Assembly (NCBI RefSeq): GCF_001447785.1
Contig: NW_015161410.1
Span: 1,286,366 to 1,350,365 of the forward strand
Source of the DNA: Gekko japonicus
Taxonomy: Eukaryota
Length of the DNA stretch: 64,000 nucleotides
Direction: 5' to 3'
In this document: in pieces, positions 12,661 through 24,555 of the stretch
Position numbering within the stretch: the first letter of the stretch is position 1
How the letters are laid out: each line of letters begins with the position of its first letter
Notes under the pieces: generated by a model
Seen by the model: the letters and a program-made list of their open reading frames with translations, nothing else
Database searches by the model: none
What the model was told of the DNA's origin: nothing
Program-made: the position numbers and the translations under genes

Positions 12661-14406
12661 ATGCAGAACCTGGCTGCAGAATTCAGGTGGTCATAGGTTC
12701 AGCACCTTCATTTCCAATCAAACTTCATTACAGAGTGATGGTGTTATTGGCAGACCCATAGGCTCGATGACTCAGCTGGTATTGAAGTGGATCAGGTGCT
12801 TGCCTACTAACCCAAGACATTTAATATGGTGCATTCTGGTACATTAAATATGGGTACATTCTGGGATGCCTGTAGCATCAGAGAGGTCCAGCTGGTCTGA
12901 CTGGTACCCCATGTGAACTGTGGTTATGACTTAAAACACATCCTAGAGTCCTCTGCAATGCTGTGAAGTTATGGTGCTTGACAAGTCTGTGTAGAATGGT
13001 CTTCCTGGAGGTTAAAAGTTTGAAAATTACTGATCTGTCAAAAACATCAATTTTGTGCCATCCATGTACCATCACAAGTTCACAGGACACAGGGTTAGTG
13101 ATACCATTCCAGAAGCATTTGCAATGTATATTCACACCTGTGAACTGTATGACCTAATAAGTCATCCAATTTCAAACTGGAACATTTTCTGAAAAATGCC
13201 ACATGAACTCCTAGTATTTAAGTCGGTCTGAGTTAAGATAAATTTTATCACATTGTTTTGTGTTGCTAACCAAATGCACTCCTTAGGAACACTTAAATGA
13301 AATAGTAATCAAGTTAAATAATTACATACATATTAAAAAAAAGATTCCAAAGTTTCCATGTGTGTCTCTGGGCTCCTGGTGGTATTACAGAATGAAAGAA
13401 TGTCTCATCAGTATTTCAGATCCTTCTCTAGATATCTTTGATGAGCTTTTTTGAATCCACTTTAATGTCAGGGTTCGATAGTTAGATCACACCACACAGC
13501 GCTTCATAAGAAGAATTGTGTTTATTGGTAGTTCATAACTATGACATGTGAACTTCTTTTGTCAGAAATGGCCCAAAGCAGCAGGGTACCCTGAATTATA
13601 CTAGTTTCAAAACACCAACACCACCACCGCCACAAGCAAAAGCCAATAAGCACTGTGTGCACGTGCGGGGAAAAGAGAGTGGGCAAAGTAGAAGCTGTTT
13701 GTTCCCAGCGAGTGAGTTTGTTCCCAGCGTTCTAGGACAGTAATAGCAGGACATCCAAGGTCAGAAAAGCAAAAGCAGATAAAACCCAGACAGTAGACTT
13801 CCTTAGTGTACCAGGCAGAGGCGAGGAGGATTCCCCCCACACACACATTGAAGAGAATGGCAGTGTTAACTGACATTCAAGAGGATTTTGGTGCTTTACA
13901 TGTTTTGTAAACAATGCAGCAAATTATGTTTATATCTGTTTATTAATAGAAGTTATTTTAACCACTTTTCCAAAAGTCACTTTCTTCAGAGCTGCAGGCG
14001 AGTTTTTTTTAAAAGAACAATTGATAAAAATTAAAACCAAAACAACAAAATTACAGTAAAAATACCCACAGCATACCAATAGCCAAGCACTGAATGCCAA
14101 TGAATGAACATTACACACAAAGTAAGAGGAAAGTGCAGCTTTACCAGACGTGCCAGAATAAAAAAGGTCTTTGCCTGGTGCCTAAATCATAATAGTGGAG
14201 TCACTCGATGGACCTTGTATGAAAGCATATTTCAGAGGTGTAATAGCACAACTTGAAATGTCCATAGTTTTGGTGACCACGTGCCTCATGTCCAGTGGCA
14301 GGCAGAACCCAGTGAAGGACTTCTAAGATAGATCTGTATGAACTGGCATGTCAGTGAGGAACTAGCCAAGGAGCCTTCATATTATCTGGGTCCAGACCAT
14401 TTAGGT

Positions 14407-14967
14407 CAGGTGTCAAACTCATTTCTTACAAAGGCCGGATTTGACATAAATGTGACTTTCTCAGGCTTGGCCATGTGTGCTATAAAATGTAATGCTGGGC
14501 ACTGGAGATATAAACTTTATAAAGGACAGCAACTGGCAAGTTGGTGTGTCCTCATTGCAAGCCCCCATGGGCTGGGAGCGGAATGCAGAGGAAAACTCAC
14601 ATGGGTGGACTGGAGACCCAGCAATGCAATGCTGGACAGATGCTCCCATGCCCCAACAGAGGATCATCTGCACATGCACCCCATGTGCAAACACTGATCC
14701 CTGTGGCCATCTGGGACAGCATCCCCACAGCTACAGGCCAAGTGGAGAGGTATGAATGCAGCTGCAGCAGCCCCCAATTTACCAGTGAGGCTGTCCCTGA
14801 AGTGAAGGGGTTCTCCTTAACTGCTGCAGACACCACAATTGGAGTGGCTGCAGCCACCTACCCCCAAGCAGCCTCCCGTTCCCTCTCTTGCACCAGTTGC
14901 TTGCGGGCCACATAACAGCCCTGGGAGGGCCAGTTCCAGCCCCTGGGTCTTATGTTTGACACCCCTG
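14407..14967. mobile_element. Non-autonomous hAT (Charlie-like) DNA transposon, copy A
   Basis: TIRs caggtgtcaaactc / tgtttgacacccctg. 8-bp TSD atttaggt / atttcggt. Internal homology to 15994-16414. Confidence 0.78.
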
Positions 14968-15993
14968 ATTTCGGTCTACATGAATATTTCAGATTGCACA
15001 CAGAGACTAGCTAGAAGTCAGTGTTGCCGTTCTAGGACAGTAATAGCAGGACAGTAATAACTATGGTATGTTCTTGTCAGCAACCAGGCTGCAGTGTTTT
15101 GTATCAACTGCCAGGTCGAACTCAGGAATACCTGGGGACTTTGGGGGTGGAACCTGGAGACTTTATCATTCCCTAAATAAATAAAAATACAGCTGTTCAC
15201 TTCCCCTGAATACAGTCTTCATTTCCTCATCCTCTTTTTTGCTTTCAGAGGGTTCCCCAGGAGCTGCACTTACACTAAATAAATGTGTAATTTGTCATAT
15301 CCCCACAAGTCCCTTGCCAGGTTTTGGTAGCATTTCCAAGCATGGCTTTATTAAAGGACACACACATGCACACTCACAAAGCAGCCAAAATAAACAATTA
15401 ATCCTTTCCCAAACACAGTTTGCAAGCCCACACTTTTGTGGTCTCACTGGGGCAATAGTATAAATCACTTTACTCAGGGGAGTTGCTGAACGTAACTATC
15501 TTCTTTATTTCAACCAACTTCTTCAGACTAACACAGAAAAATGAAAGTAAGAAAGAGAGCAGTCTAGGGGGTGGAGTTTTCCACCATCCCATAATCAGGT
15601 TCTAGTTAACTCTTTACAGTCCATTTCACTATACACATGACTTCTGAAACAAAATGCAAAAGAAACAGAGAGACTGTGCTCTCTTCCTCTCTCACATGCT
15701 CCATACACTCACTGGGAAGAACCATGTGGCTTGTGCCTGCTTCCCCCCCCCCCCAATGTAGCTTTCATCCCACTGAGATTTAAAGGCACACACACACACA
15801 TTCCCAAACACAAACAGTTTGCAAGCTTCTTCTAAAATGTCCTGCTGAGGTTTAAAGGCACATCATAGCTGTTGGGATGGGGCTTCTCCCCGCCAGCCAG
15901 CTGGGTGGTGGTGGGGAGAAGCCTGCAAAATCAGGGGATCCCCCACTTGAACCTGGGGGCTGGCAAGCCTATTTTCAAAGGTGGTAACCATAC

Positions 15994-16414
15994 CAGAGGT
16001 GTCGAACTCATTTGTTACTAGGGCTGGGCCTGGATCTGACATAAGTGTTACTTTTGTCAGGCCGGGCCATGTGTGCCATAAAACGTAATGCCAGGTAGCA
16101 TAGATATAAACTGTATAAAGGACAGCAGCTTGTAAGCTCCGAGTTGGTGTATCCTCACTACAAGGCCCCATGGGTTGGGAAGAGTTGTAGAGGAAAACCC
16201 ACATGGGTGGACTGGAGAGCCAGCAGTGCAACACTGGGCAGATGCTCCCATGCTTCTTGACTCCTGCAGACAAGGTTGTTCTGCTGTGCTGAAGCTACAA
16301 TTAGAATGGCTCCACCCACTCCCTTCCCTCAGCAGTCTTCTCTTCCCTCTCTTGCAGCAGTTGCTTGCGGACTCTGGATCTTCTGATTCCTGGGCCTTAT
16401 TTTTGACACCCCTA
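15994..16414. mobile_element. Non-autonomous hAT (Charlie-like) DNA transposon, copy B (internally shorter)
   Basis: TIRs cagaggtgtcgaactc / ttttgacacccct. Shares gaggaaaac(t/c)cacatgggtggactggaga and agatgctcccatg with copy A. Confidence 0.72.
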
Positions 16415-17863
16415 CGAGTGTATTAAAAGTAACTGAAACTTGATGTGACGAATGCATGGGTAATGGTGGCAAGATCAGTTCTTCTAGGGAAGAATTCAGC
16501 TGCCAGCCATGTTTGGTGAAAGGTAGTTCAGTCCATGGAAGCTACATTGGCATCAAGATAAGGCTGGGTCTAACTGTGAACTGTGAACATGATCTTTACA
16601 GGGAGGGTCATCACTTCCCCCCCCCCCCCTAGTCATGCACACAGGGAGGTATGCAGCACAGGTGCCGCTATTTGTGTTTTAATGCCCCAGGAGGCTGAGC
16701 AATCCAAAAGGGCCTAACAAGAAGACCCACAACATGGTTTCAGTTTTCATGTTATTTGCCTGCCTACTTGACTAACACCATAGCCTCAGTGTAAATTCTA
16801 ACATCTGTATACATAAAAGATGAAGCAAATGTTTTATTCCCCACTTCAGTTTTCAGCTTCTCAGTTTATGTTTCAGACCTATACCAGTAGTTCGCTTAGC
16901 ACCATTACCAAGGTGGTAATATTCCTATGCTAACTAATTGCTTCCCAAGCCTAAATAGTGGGTTTAGTTATTTTCCAAGGATTTCCCCCCAAGCCATGAA
17001 CTCATTGTCAAAGTCTGTTTCAAAAGTTTAATACGAATTGTCGACACTTCACTTTGGAGCCATAATCCCAAATAACACATACAAGACAACATAAGGTGTG
17101 AAAACCACAACCGAATTTTGGAATTTGTGTTTTACTATTAAATTCTTTGACTCCTGAGCTTGATATATGTATTGTATTAAGCAGCTTTAACTGCCAGAGT
17201 ACATGATTTAGCATTCTGAATGAGAAAATATATGATTTACAATCCTCTTTCTGGGTCAAAGTAGAACCACAATATTCTGGATGTTGGATTTTGTGTTCTT
17301 TAGCTGAGAATTAGCCTTTCCCTTCCATTTAGCGGGATTATATAGTTTGCAATTTGCTGTATTTTCTTCAGTCAGATTTAGCACAGTTTACAAAGCTTGG
17401 GTAATGGTTTGGGATGGGATGCATGATGCATGATGAATTAACAGTGTAAAAATGCTAAGTTCCTCAGTGTAAATAATTTGTATTCAGATAGTTCCCTTTT
17501 AAAAGAAGCTGCTGTCATTTTAGTAGGTGGAACGTGTAGCCTTCTTAAGAGCACATTCTCTGAATTTCCTTAGCATTGTCATTTAGTGAAATAAATGGTA
17601 GGTTGGACAAAAGGGAATTTCTCTTCCCAGTGGTGTGGTTTAGATGACGCAGAAAACCATGGCTTAATTATACTGTGACGTTCTCTGGAGGATATGTGAA
17701 TATAGTATATGGTGATGGTTTATGGTTGGGAAGTATGGGAAGGGGAGTGGCTTGAGAGGCTGAGGGAGTGAGGCAAGGAGTATGTTTCACACGCAGGGAA
17801 AAATTGGTTGATGGTTGAGGAGGCCACCAATTCATGTTGTCCTCAGCTACCAAGGTGCCCGGC

Positions 17864-18142
17864 AAGAAGAGAAGAGATTGGATTTATACTCCGTCCTTCA
17901 CTACTCAAAGGAGTCTCAGAGCAGTTTACAATCTCCTTTCCCTTCATCTCCCCACAATGAACACTCTGTGAGGTAGGTGGGGCTGAGAGAGCTCTTTTGA
18001 GAACTGCTTGTGAGAGAACATCTCTGAAAGAACTTGTAACTGACCCATGGTCACACCAGCAACTGCATGTGGAGGAGTGGGAAATTAGGCCCGATTCTCC
18101 CAGATTAGAGTCTGTGCTCCTAACCACACCAAACTGGCTCTC
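17864..18142 (-). mobile_element. tRNA-derived SINE with L2-type tail (Squam3-like)
   Basis: Reverse complement of the SINE at 56929-57213. A/B-box head and (ttc)n tail. Confidence 0.8.
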
Positions 18143-18925
18143 AGTGGCCTGAAAACAAAATCCCTTCTGCCTTTCACACTCTTTCACTAGCCGCCTCCTT
18201 GACCATGTTCTTGACTCCTAGTCTGCTCAGGAAAAACAATATCCAAAGATTTCTGAGGAGGATCTGTTGCCCTTGCAGAGCTACTTACCAATGTTTAAGG
18301 GGGTTAATGATGTTGTGCGGCTTTGTCTATAGTTGGGAATGGTAGGCCAGGATAGCACCCATGCTTCTGCGAGGAAGTTGTTGAATTTGCCAAATCCAAT
18401 TACCATTGAGTGATTATCTGTGAGCAAATAGTGGTTTCACAAATTAGACATAGTGTTAATAAGCCATGGCTTTGCATTATGCCTGAACTGACCCATTAGT
18501 TTGTGAGATTTACTGTGAGTTTGGATAACTGTTTGAACAAGAACTACATTTCACATTGGTGTCTGCTGAAGTAAGTAATTAGAAAAAATCATGGTCTTTC
18601 AATAAAATCATTTCAGTTAGTCTTAGAGATACAACTAGATTATTTTAGTGAGCATTCAAGCAGTAACATTTGCATGTATATATTCTAAAATGGGATAATT
18701 ACATGCAGTGTTTTAATTTATGCTGTAATTGTCCTACATTTGAATCGCCTACAAGAAAAATAAATGTTTTATATCTATTTAGAATTTTACTAAGCTGTCT
18801 TCTGGTTTATTTGTCACATATGTTTTTAAAATATGGCTACTAGAGAGAACGAACCAAAATTCCATCAATTTTACTTAAATTGTGGCATCTGTACACTCTT
18901 CTTAATATAATTCTGCATGTTCATA

Positions 18926-19441
18926 TTTTTTATTTATTTTATTTATCATTCGACTTGATATACCGCCCTAACCCCCGTAGGGGTCTCTGGGCGGTTTACA
19001 ATTCTTGGGTGCTAGTCACCTATATCAACCCTAACTACGGCCACATCAGTTCAAGGGGGGGGGCTGCCTACTGGCACCCTGGTGGAGGCTCGGTGTCGTT
19101 CACTTTTCCCGGCTCGGCTTCTTCTTTCGGCTGTGAAATGTCCCAGTGCTTAGGCCGACAGGCGGATGGATGGATCGCCGGCGACGTTGTCCTCAGCCCG
19201 ACTGTGTCCTTCTGGCTCCGTGCGCCTCCGGATGACATCACTGCGCCTCCATCCTCCGTCGACGACAGCTGCCCTGCTCTTCCGTTGCTGGCCACCAGGG
19301 ATCAGTCCCCTTCTGGCTCTGCTGCCGCCGCTTGCCGCCTTCAGCGTTACACAGCCTCCTCCTCCTCCGATCGTCGTACCCATTTATCTACTCGCCGATA
19401 GGTAGTTACTTGGCTTTCAAACCGCTGGGTGGGCGGGAGTA
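18926..19441 (-). mobile_element. 5'-truncated composite SINE-like retroposon (Sauria-like core, GC-rich body, L2-type tail) fused to the TESC 3'UTR
   Basis: Minus strand reads ctcccgcccacccagcggtttgaaag…gagtagataaatgggtac (shared with 6738-6795), gaagccgagccg…ccaccagggtgccagtaggcagcccc (shared with 7142-7213), and ends tgtaaaccgcccagagaccc…gggcggtatat…(taaa)n. Confidence 0.75.
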
Positions 19442-19571
19442 CCAAGCAACTGCCCTAGATCCCTGCAGCACTGGGAGAAGCCAATCCCCCATCTACCCGT
19501 ATTGACCGCCCAACATTCTGTCCTGGGTCGCTTTCAAAGGCATCGGCACTTCCATTGCAGCTCCTCTTTGG

Positions 19572-20216
19572 TTAGTGGCAAGGCGCAATTGGCTCCATGG
19601 TGAGGAAGCGGACGTGCATCTTGGTCTCGATGTCGATTCCTTCCCACATCTTCAGAAAGTCTTCAAATGTGATTCCCTCGTACACCTGGTCTGGCTCCAT
19701 CTGCCCCATGCAGATGCTGGCAGCCTCCATCATGGCAGCCTCCGCGATGGACCTCACCGACTCCTTATCCAGGTGGGGGTTCCCTGAGAGCAGTTCCTGC
19801 ACCACTTTTCTGTATTCCTGCAGGGTGATCTTCCCATCGCTGTCCGAGTCATACATGTGAAAGAGGAATTTCAGCTTCTGTTTGCGGAAACGATCCAGCT
19901 GCTCTTCATCCATATCCATCTCAATCGGTCTGAAATTAGACATGATAGTCAGGAAGTCCTCAAAATTGATTTCATCCACCAGCCCTTCGGATGCCTCTCG
20001 TAGGTTCCTTTTGTCAAAAAAGGAATGGACGATTTTGGCCCTAAGGGGGTTGAACTCCAGATCAGGGATGCGATCAAAGTTCTCTTTGCGGATGGTTGGC
20101 TGATCCCCACTTAGCTGTCTGAATCTTCGGTGGAGATGCTCGATTTGCTCTGAGGTGAAGCCAGTCTTGTCGGCGAGCTCCTGGATCTCCTCCGACCTGG
20201 AGTGGGACGCCCCCAT
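19572..20216 (-). CDS. TESC: Intronless tescalcin / calcineurin B homologous protein 3 retrocopy with an intact 214-aa ORF (candidate retrogene)
   Basis: ATG at 20216 in strong context (ggcATGg), TAA at 19572-19574, 645 nt with no stops or frameshifts. MGASHS N-myristoylation motif, EF-hand loop [12 protein letters not shown] and C-terminus [12 protein letters not shown]…CH are typical of TESC. Same length as human TESC as I recall it. Vertebrate TESC is multi-exon, whereas this copy is contiguous. Confidence 0.93.
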   Translation of the reverse strand: MGASHSRSEEIQELADKTGFTSEQIEHLHRRFRQLSGDQPTIRKENFDRIPDLEFNPLRAKIVHSFFDKRNLREASEGLVDEINFEDFLTIMSNFRPIEMDMDEEQLDRFRKQKLKFLFHMYDSDSDGKITLQEYRKVVQELLSGNPHLDKESVRSIAEAAMMEAASICMGQMEPDQVYEGITFEDFLKMWEGIDIETKMHVRFLTMEPIAPCH

Positions 20217-20420
20217 GCCCCCCTCGGCGAGGCTGCTGGATGCAGCTCGGACACAACCCCGGGGTCCGGTCGGTTGGGGCCTGGGTGGTGGAGGGGCGGC
20301 CGGCAGAAGGGCGGGCAGGGCAAGTGGAGGGCAGGAGGGGGCCGTGGCGGGTCCGTCCACATAGGAACCCTGCAGGCTGCTGGCGCGCGGGCGAGAGCGG
20401 CAGAGGCAGAGGAGGACTGT
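20217..20420 (-). promoter_or_regulatory. GC/CpG-rich 5' leader of the TESC retrocopy (probable parental 5'UTR, CpG-island-like)
   Basis: Very GC-rich with many CpGs and GGGGCGG/GGGCGGG GC-boxes. Switches abruptly to AT-rich intron sequence at about 20420. Confidence 0.55.
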
Positions 20421-21071
20421 AGTAAATGAGAGCAGTTGCTCTGAGCCCTAAATGAACAAAGTACCTTGTAAAAAAATACTACTAGTTATCAGATACTTTC
20501 TCTTTTGGAGCAATTGCTGCGGTGAGTGAAAATATAATACTAGGACCAGGATTTCATGTCAAAGATGTTTTCTAAGGTAATATACATAGTTATTTCTTTG
20601 GAACTGAGAAGAAAAAAAATGTAGAAACATAACAGGGTATAGAAAAGAAAGGAAGAGGGGCCTTAAATGGCACTACAGTGACAGGGTCTTTTAAAAAAGG
20701 ATTTGGACTTGAGAGATAACTGATTTTGTGTACTATTATTGCCTCAAAGATTAACCAGGAATCTTTTTACTATTATCTCCAGAATGAGGTTCAAAGAAGA
20801 ATTGTCAGAGAAATTCTCTATTTCTTTTTCATTTTTCACCTTCACTGTTATGTTTTCCTCCAGAGTGTGAACATTGAATGTTATAGAAGCAGTGTAAGAA
20901 TTTTTTTGCCTAGCATTTGATTCAGGAATTTAAGCAGCTACAGAGTTAAATCTAAATTAGATCAAATGATCATGGAAATATTTTGTATCTATTGAATTGT
21001 ATTGCAGGACGCTTCCACTGCAGAGGTCGAAAGGACCTCTCTGTCAGAGAAGAATCAAGTGCTACCAGGAG

Positions 21072-21397
21072 TAGGGTTGTCAGGCACAGCTTGGCAACCA
21101 GCAGAAGTCTTGGGTAGGGGGCAGGGACATCAGGGACCGTCATTGGGTAATGGTGTGTTGAGATTTCTGGGGAAAACCTAGAACTGATGTCACACCTTTC
21201 TAGTAATCACTGGAAACTCTATGGTAAAATCATAGTATTTCTGTTGATTCCTAGAGCAGACTGGTGTCACTTCCAGGTTTTCCTAGAAAGTGATGTCAAA
21301 CCATCACTAATTCGTGATTTTTTATTTTGATTTTTGTTCCACTGGCTGCCATAGTGGCAGTGGGGAACAAAATCTGGGAGGAGATTTGCCACCCCTG
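21072..21397. mobile_element. Degraded hAT-type MITE (TAGGGTTGCCA family)
   Basis: Ends tagggttgtcagg / tttgccacccctg, with internal tgatgtca repeats like the 53.8 kb element. Confidence 0.5.
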
Positions 21398-22591
21398 GTG
21401 GGAACATGGGAACCAAAATAATAAAACTTGTACAGAAATGTGTTTGTAACAATATTTGAACTTAAAAATAAGTATTTGAAAATACAGAGAATGCATCAAA
21501 CAGGCACTGTGAATAACAGTTTGAAAATAGAACAGATGTTCCAAGTCTTAAGATTCTGTGACTTTAAATTTTTTGCAAGATCTCTTCTCTGTGCATAGTC
21601 ACTGAAAAGCAAGCCATTCAATTATTATATTGGGTTGGAAGCAGTGATGCATGAGAGAAAGGAGAAATGTGTGTAGCACAGTTTTGTTTGTGCAAGCAGT
21701 AGTGCAGCAACATATGGTTTTATCATTTTTTTTACAAAAAACAATGTGCATCTGGAACAACTAGATGCACATCAGATGGGCCACATGATTTCAGTTTATT
21801 TAATTTTCGTATTGTATCAGAAGAAATACCTTGTGCTATGTCTTCCATACTTGGAAAAACTAACGGGAATATAAATATTTTCACTTAGCAGAAGCAGAAA
21901 GTGAAGAGTCGTTTTAGCACCGTTGTTTACATAAGGTCTTTTGGCCACAGATATATTTTTCATGAGATCCAATCTAGTAAATACTTATATAGAACTAATG
22001 GTAAATAAATTTAGAGTATTGGTGACTCATCATTTCAAATATAAAATGCTATTTGTAGAGAGAGAAGAAATGGCGGCTCATCCTTCTGTTGTCAGAACAG
22101 GCATAATTAATCTAGAAGATTAATCTATATATCTGTTTCTCAAGAGGGGGTAGATCTGCAGACATCTAAATCCATGGATTGAGCCCACACTGAGATAATG
22201 GACAAGATAATGGATAATGTGAATGGAACAAGATAGTTCTTTCTACAAATCTGAAAAATGCCCCAGGCTTGTGGAAAAATCTGAAATCTTAAAAAAAAAA
22301 AATGGGAGAAGTTTTTTTAAGAAAGCCCAAACTATAAAAGGACTGCCTGTAGCTGTAAGAAACAGATGCCTTCACTTGCTGTTGCTAGGTAACCACTACA
22401 GTTTTGCTGGCATTCTAGGCTTGGTTTCTGTTAGTAAAAGGGAAGTGGTGGGGGCAGGCCTGTTTTGACATTTGAAAAAGAATTTGGGGGCCTGGTCCGC
22501 CTGCAACCACTGGTGACTTGCTATGACATGAGTTCCATGACTCACCCAGGCCCAGCTGCTCACTGAAGTTCAACAGCAGCCACCCCATAAA

Positions 22592-22815
22592 AACCAGTGT
22601 GGTATAGTGGTTAGAGTTTCAGCCTAGGGTCTGGGAGATCCCGATTTGAATCCCCACTGTGCTGTAGAAGCTCACTGGATGACTTTGAAGCAGTCACATA
22701 GACTCAGCCTAATTTACCTCACTGCGTTGTTATGAGTGTAAAATGGAGAATGATGTAAGTTGCTTTGGTTCCCCATTGTGGAGAAAAGTGATATATAAAT
22801 GAAGTAAATAAATAA
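22592..22815 (+). mobile_element. tRNA/CORE-type SINE with L2-like tail
   Basis: ccagtgtggtatagtggttagag…ctgggagatcccgatttgaatcccc head and tgtaagttgctttgg…tataaat…aaataaataa tail. Confidence 0.65.
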
Positions 22816-24555
22816 TATATCTGAAAATGAGGGGGCAAATAAAAGTTAGGCTAGTAGATAGGCTGGAAGAAGAGAAGGAAGCAAAGAAGGGTGAGGATAT
22901 GAGGGTTGCCAAGTTAAAGAGGAAATAATGTGAGGAAGGTGATTTATTTATTTTTATTCCCCGCCCTTCCCCTGCAAGTCCTTGTAAGTTCCCCAGTGCA
23001 GAACCAGGCCCAGCATAGCAGCCAGCACTGTGTAACTGGACCATAGCTTTCCAAAAAAACTGAAGGAAGGGGGAGCAGATAAAGCTGGGTTGGCTGGTGG
23101 GTGGGAAGCAATTAAGGAGGCAAGGCAAGGAGAGAGAAAATGGGAGGAGGGGAAATGAGATGCCCCCCACAAGTCCTTCCGGGTTCCAGCTTGTCCCCAT
23201 ATATTTCTGGACAACGTCTTCACACACACCAGCATTGCTAGATACCCACTTGGTTGTGAGCTCTCCTGCTTCTAGCTCCTGTTGCCCACCTCAGCTCCAT
23301 TGGTTGATGGGAGAAAATAAAGTAAAAAAATCACTGTCAGAGAGAAGGCGTTACATCAGTTATGTCATGGCTCTGTATGTATGTCTGAATTCTTGCCCCC
23401 AGTAGGTACCTGGCAACCCTAGTGTGTGTGTGTAGACATTGAATTGCTCAGAAATATGTTATCCTCTGGACTGATCATGCCTGTTATGTTAACAGCTACT
23501 GGTGGGCAACATTAACACACACTAATATAGTTATAAACTATTAAATGGGCAAATGTACTACTTAGGCTTGTCAAAGGCACAACTTCCTTTTTTAAAGTTA
23601 CTCTTTGGTTCATGTTGATAACATTGCTGTTGTTGCCAGTATGATAAAAGTGCTACTGAAATCTGAAATGGCACCCTGAAATTTTGGTTTCTTTAAGTAT
23701 ATGATGTGTTCTTGGTTTTATGTAAGCATGTAGAATTTCGTTTGGAGCGAATAATCACAAAAATGCAGAACCAAAGTATAAATGAAGACATGCTCCAAGA
23801 AAATGGATGCATTTGAGCTGGAAATGCAAATGTTTGAAATCATGGGTATACTTGAAGAATTCTGGTTAACCACTTGAAGAACAGTTCACCTCCATGCTTG
23901 CACCATCCTGGCAATCAATATGAATGACCACATTTAAAAAAAATACTGAACACTCATTTCACTATCTCATTAACGTCTCTAGGTCATCTTTATTTGCAGT
24001 AGACATGCAAGCAATCATCCCTGAGTGAATGAGACTGGGAAGGTCCCAATTTGTTCACTATCAAACCCCAAGCAGTGGGAAATGCAAAATGTCATATTTA
24101 TTTATTTTTTTGTGAATCACTCATTTCAGTTCTAATTGGGAGTGTCCCTATACATGACATGAAAAATTGTAGCCAGGAAGGAAGGGGGACACACTGGTTT
24201 ATGAGTACGTGTCATCGCCTAATAAATAATGCTCTCTTGTTGGATGCACCGAGTAGAAAAGTAATGCAGATGTACTTGGTATTGGAGAACTAGAACAGCA
24301 GACATTTATGCCTGTCATTATAATGCTGGGATTGCAGACCTGTTTTGCTCTACTATAAAGTTCAATTTTTCCATGCTGCGGTGGATAAAAAATAGTGGCT
24401 CAGAGTTATTTTGGCCAGCCAGCCAGACATATGCCAAAGATATGTAGAAAGTCAGTCCCAGTAAATGTTAGATGTTGACTGTGTTGTGTTCTGGCTTCAC
24501 TTTGTTTACTACCAGTAACAATTTGTAAACTTTGGAGGTGTGGAATAGTCCTACT

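Noticed and set aside
15290-15865. Possible solo LTR (internal repeats of taaagg…cacacac and acagtttgcaagc)
   Set aside because: No convincing TG…CA ends with a TSD could be fixed by eye.
20217-20360. 48-aa N-terminal extension in the ORF track (262 aa)
   Set aside because: It starts at GTG, is low-complexity, and TESC homology plus the myristoylation motif begin at the ATG at 20216. Treated as 5'UTR.
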